Position numbers and translations under genes: made by a program | The notes under the pieces: model-generated | Seen by the model: the letters and a program-made list of their open reading frames with translations, nothing else | Database searches by the model: none | What the model was told of the DNA's origin: nothing | Shown here: positions 34,772 to 37,706 of the stretch, one piece after another | Layout of the letters: each line of letters starts with the position of its first letter | How positions within the stretch are numbered: the first letter of the stretch is position 1 | Source: Octopus bimaculoides | Lineage: Eukaryota | NCBI RefSeq assembly: GCF_001194135.2 | Contig: NC_068983.1 | Location: forward strand, 70,561,030 to 70,598,735 | Direction of reading: 5' to 3' | Length of the DNA stretch: 37,706 bases

Positions 34772-34879
34772 CAAGGGTTGAACAGAGAGAATGCAACAAG
34801 AAGAAAAGTTAGACGAAAGCAGAGTAAACGGGAAAGCAGACGAAAACTTCCTTCTTCCAACGAAAGTTGATTAGCATGT

Positions 34880-35553
34880 GAGGGATGGTGGTGGAGAGCA
34901 TTATCTCTTTGTATAGCTCGGTATAAAAACTGATTTCATTGTACTCTTATAATGTTTATGTTGCGTTCAAGATTAGGGTCGTTATCAGCAGAACACATTA
35001 GCAATAATCTTTGCGTTCAATTTAAATGGAGTGGCTGGAATTTACATATTGTCATCTGTATTTTCAACTTGCTTTTGTTCTGTCAGTATCAGTTTCTCGC
35101 CAGATGAACTCTCTCCATGGGACCCCTGCAACTTATCCACATCATTCTCTTTGACTTCTTCAAAACCTTCTTCATTTTCACGTTTCAAAATACTTTTTCG
35201 AATTTGATGCCGACTTTTCTAATTCTGGAAATCTTGTAAAGTCACGGATATAGTCTGGCCATATATTTTCCAAGCAGCATTCAAAGTTCAGGGCTTCAAT
35301 CCATCCCATGATTCAGGTATGTTAGCCACAACATTTAGTATGTCAAACTCTTTTCAGAAATCCCTAAATGTGAATTGCTTTCATAAAATGTTTGGAAGTT
35401 CTCAGATAATACACCTGGAAGTTAGCTACTACATCTTGATCCATGAGTAGAGGAAAGGAATTGTATTCTTGGGAGTATGTTCTCTTCCCATATTATCGTT
35501 TAAGTTCACTGGATGGCTTGATGCTTTGTCTAAAAGGAGAAATGCTTTGTTGG
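34880..35553 (-). mobile_element. Tigger1-like (pogo family) transposase C-terminal remnant
   Basis: KAFLLLDKASSHP...PKNT...MDQDVVANFQVYYLR...KEFDILN...SWDGLKP*TLNAAWK.IWPD...GFEEVKENDVDKL..SHGE, collinear with the Tigger DDE_1 C-terminus. Confidence 0.82.
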
Positions 35554-35589
35554 AAATGTATGCGTGTGTGTATATGTGTGTGTGATTGT

Positions 35590-35795
35590 ACTTGTTCACT
35601 CACCATCGCTTGAAAGCCGGTGTTGATTTACATCTCTATAAATTTGTGGTTCAGCAAAAGAGACCGATAGATTAAGTATTAGATTTAAAGAATAAACACT
35701 AGTGTCAATTTGTTCGACTACACCCTTCAAGACAGCGATCCTGCTTGACCGTTGTCTAATGACTGAAACAAGGCAAAGATAAAAGTAAAAGGGAG
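35590..35795 (+). mobile_element. SINE family B, 3' half
   Basis: CATCGCTTGA...GCAAAAGAGACCGATAGATTAAGTA...AATGACTGAAACAAG, collinear with 14877-15050. Confidence 0.7.
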
Positions 35796-35823
35796 ATACG
35801 AAGGCGAAGAACACAAAATGTGT

Positions 35824-35825
<2 letters not shown>

Positions 35826-35896
<71 letters not shown>

Positions 35897-36052
35897 AAGA
35901 AGAAGAAGAAGAAGAAGAAGAAGAAGAAGAAGAAGAAGAAGAAGAAGAAGAAGAAAAAGAAGAAGAAGAAGAAGAAGAAGAAGAAGAAGAAGAAGAAGAA
36001 GAAGAAGAAGAAGAAGAAGAAGAAGAAGAAGAAGAAGAAGAAGAAGAAGAAG
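35826..36052. repeat. (GTA)n-(GAA)n compound microsatellite
   Basis: Direct reading; explains the poly-F/Y/V/E ORFs. Confidence 0.97.
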
Positions 36053-36338
36053 AGAGTTAAGAAATCAAAATAGAAAGTGGATGTGAAGAGAACAAGAGTT
36101 ATAGCAGTCAATTCATATGCGAAAGGCCCGAAAATGACTGAATATAAATTGAATGAAACCCGTCAGTGTATTCAATTAGCTACTCCTGATATCATTATAA
36201 TTTACGTATTTATATACATACACATTCGTATGTATATACTACATGTGTATATAGTTATGCATGTGTGTTGGTGTATTTGTGTAACAATGTGAGTATATAC
36301 ATACATAGATACATATATATTTATATATATTTTTTGTG

Positions 36339-36373
<35 letters not shown>

Positions 36374-36546
36374 GTTTGTGTGTGTATGTGTGTGTGTGAG
36401 GGCACGGGAGAGGAAGAATTGATTATTTTTCTGAAGAAAACATTTTTGCGTTAATAACAGCTTTCTACAATAAAGCTTTTAGCCCTAATCAATCCTATAA
36501 CGAAAAAATTAAAGACAAATATGCCGCCCGCCCTACGACATACGTT

Positions 36547-36912
36547 NNNNNNNNNNNNNNNNNNNNNNNNNNNNNNNNNNNNNNNNNNNNNNNNNNNNNN
36601 NNNNNNNNNNNNNNNNNNNNNNNNNNNNNNNNNNNNNNNNNNNNNNNNNNNNNNNNNNNNNNNNNNNNNNNNNNNNNNNNNNNNNNNNNNNNNNNNNNNN
36701 NNNNNNNNNNNNNNNNNNNNNNNNNNNNNNNNNNNNNNNNNNNNNNNNNNNNNNNNNNNNNNNNNNNNNNNNNNNNNNNNNNNNNNNNNNNNNNNNNNNN
36801 NNNNNNNNNNNNNNNNNNNNNNNNNNNNNNNNNNNNNNNNNNNNNNNNNNNNNNNNNNNNNNNNNNNNNNNNNNNNNNNNNNNNNNNNNNNNNNNNNNNN
36901 NNNNNNNNNNNN
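36547..36912. other. Assembly gap
   Basis: N run. Confidence 1.
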
Positions 36913-36943
<31 letters not shown>

Positions 36944-37647
36944 TATATATAGATAGATAGATAGATAGATACACACACACACAAACGCACAAACATACCG
37001 GCGCACATACTTACACGCACTCACACACATATGAAGGTTTCATAATAGTATTTAAGTAGGGTTAGTAGAAATATATTAGTTAATAGCTTCATATCCTCTA
37101 ATGTTTATTATATGAATTTTATCCAAGGAATATTGTAGTGCACTAATACATACAGAAATGCGCATGCATGAAGGTGTGGCTACAGCTTGTCCTTGACCAG
37201 TATAGCTAAAATGAAATAAAGAACTACAAAAAGAACATATAATCCGATGTTGGTGACCATGGGTAGTACAGATGTATTTCACGAATAAGTTTGAAGAAGA
37301 CGTGTTTGCTTACTGCTTCTATGGATTATATTGCACGTTTGTTATCAGTCGATAAAAGATATTATATTGTGGCAAAAGAAAAAAAGAAAACATTTTCAAG
37401 CAATACTTTATGTGATATTTAAGTACAATCGTTTGCTGTTATTTGAAGTTCAACTCCAACTCTGTCACTTATTTTTCATACGTCAAGCGGTACGATTGAA
37501 TTGACTGCCATTCGTGTCCTTGCTTGTTTGTACATTTGTGTGTGCGTGCAAGCATATACGAGCACACACATACACACACACACATATATACATTTATATA
37601 CATATATATACATATATATGCACACACACACACACGTGTACGCGTGT

Positions 37648-37706
<59 letters not shown>
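37648..37706. repeat. (TA)n running to the window end
   Basis: Direct reading. Confidence 0.97.

Noticed and set aside
35596-36111. Poly-F/Y and poly-V/E ORFs
   Set aside because: (GTA)n-(GAA)n microsatellite.
1-37706. CRISPR arrays or prokaryotic operons
   Set aside because: No regularly spaced repeat-spacer pattern; the sequence is eukaryotic in character.

Overview
AT-rich eukaryotic genomic DNA, dense in microsatellites and transposons, with five N gaps. The SINE families look like those I recall from Octopus (inference, not a database result). I found no host protein-coding exon I can name. The long ORFs in the supplied track are microsatellite or N-gap artefacts, or pieces of dead transposons. 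Identifiable content: a Penelope-like RT remnant with a 5' inversion (1951-2371); an internally deleted Helitron (~4765-6477, minus); four plus-strand R4/Dong-type non-LTR fragments (11.4-18.3 kb); an RTE-type LINE remnant; a full-length but inactivated D,D34D mariner (28120-29410); three pogo/Tigger-type remnants; a mariner-type MITE; two unexplained palindromic elements; and about 15 copies of two tRNA-headed SINE families. The most notable signal is a minimal type-I hammerhead ribozyme motif present twice (31350-31387 and 32530-32573). One copy sits in a ~300-bp tandem unit that begins with an inverted arm, an architecture typical of retrozymes or Penelope pseudo-LTRs. The other copy is folded back on itself at the predicted cleavage site. 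About 350 bp beyond the array lies a candidate minus-strand TATA promoter with an ATG-only first exon.
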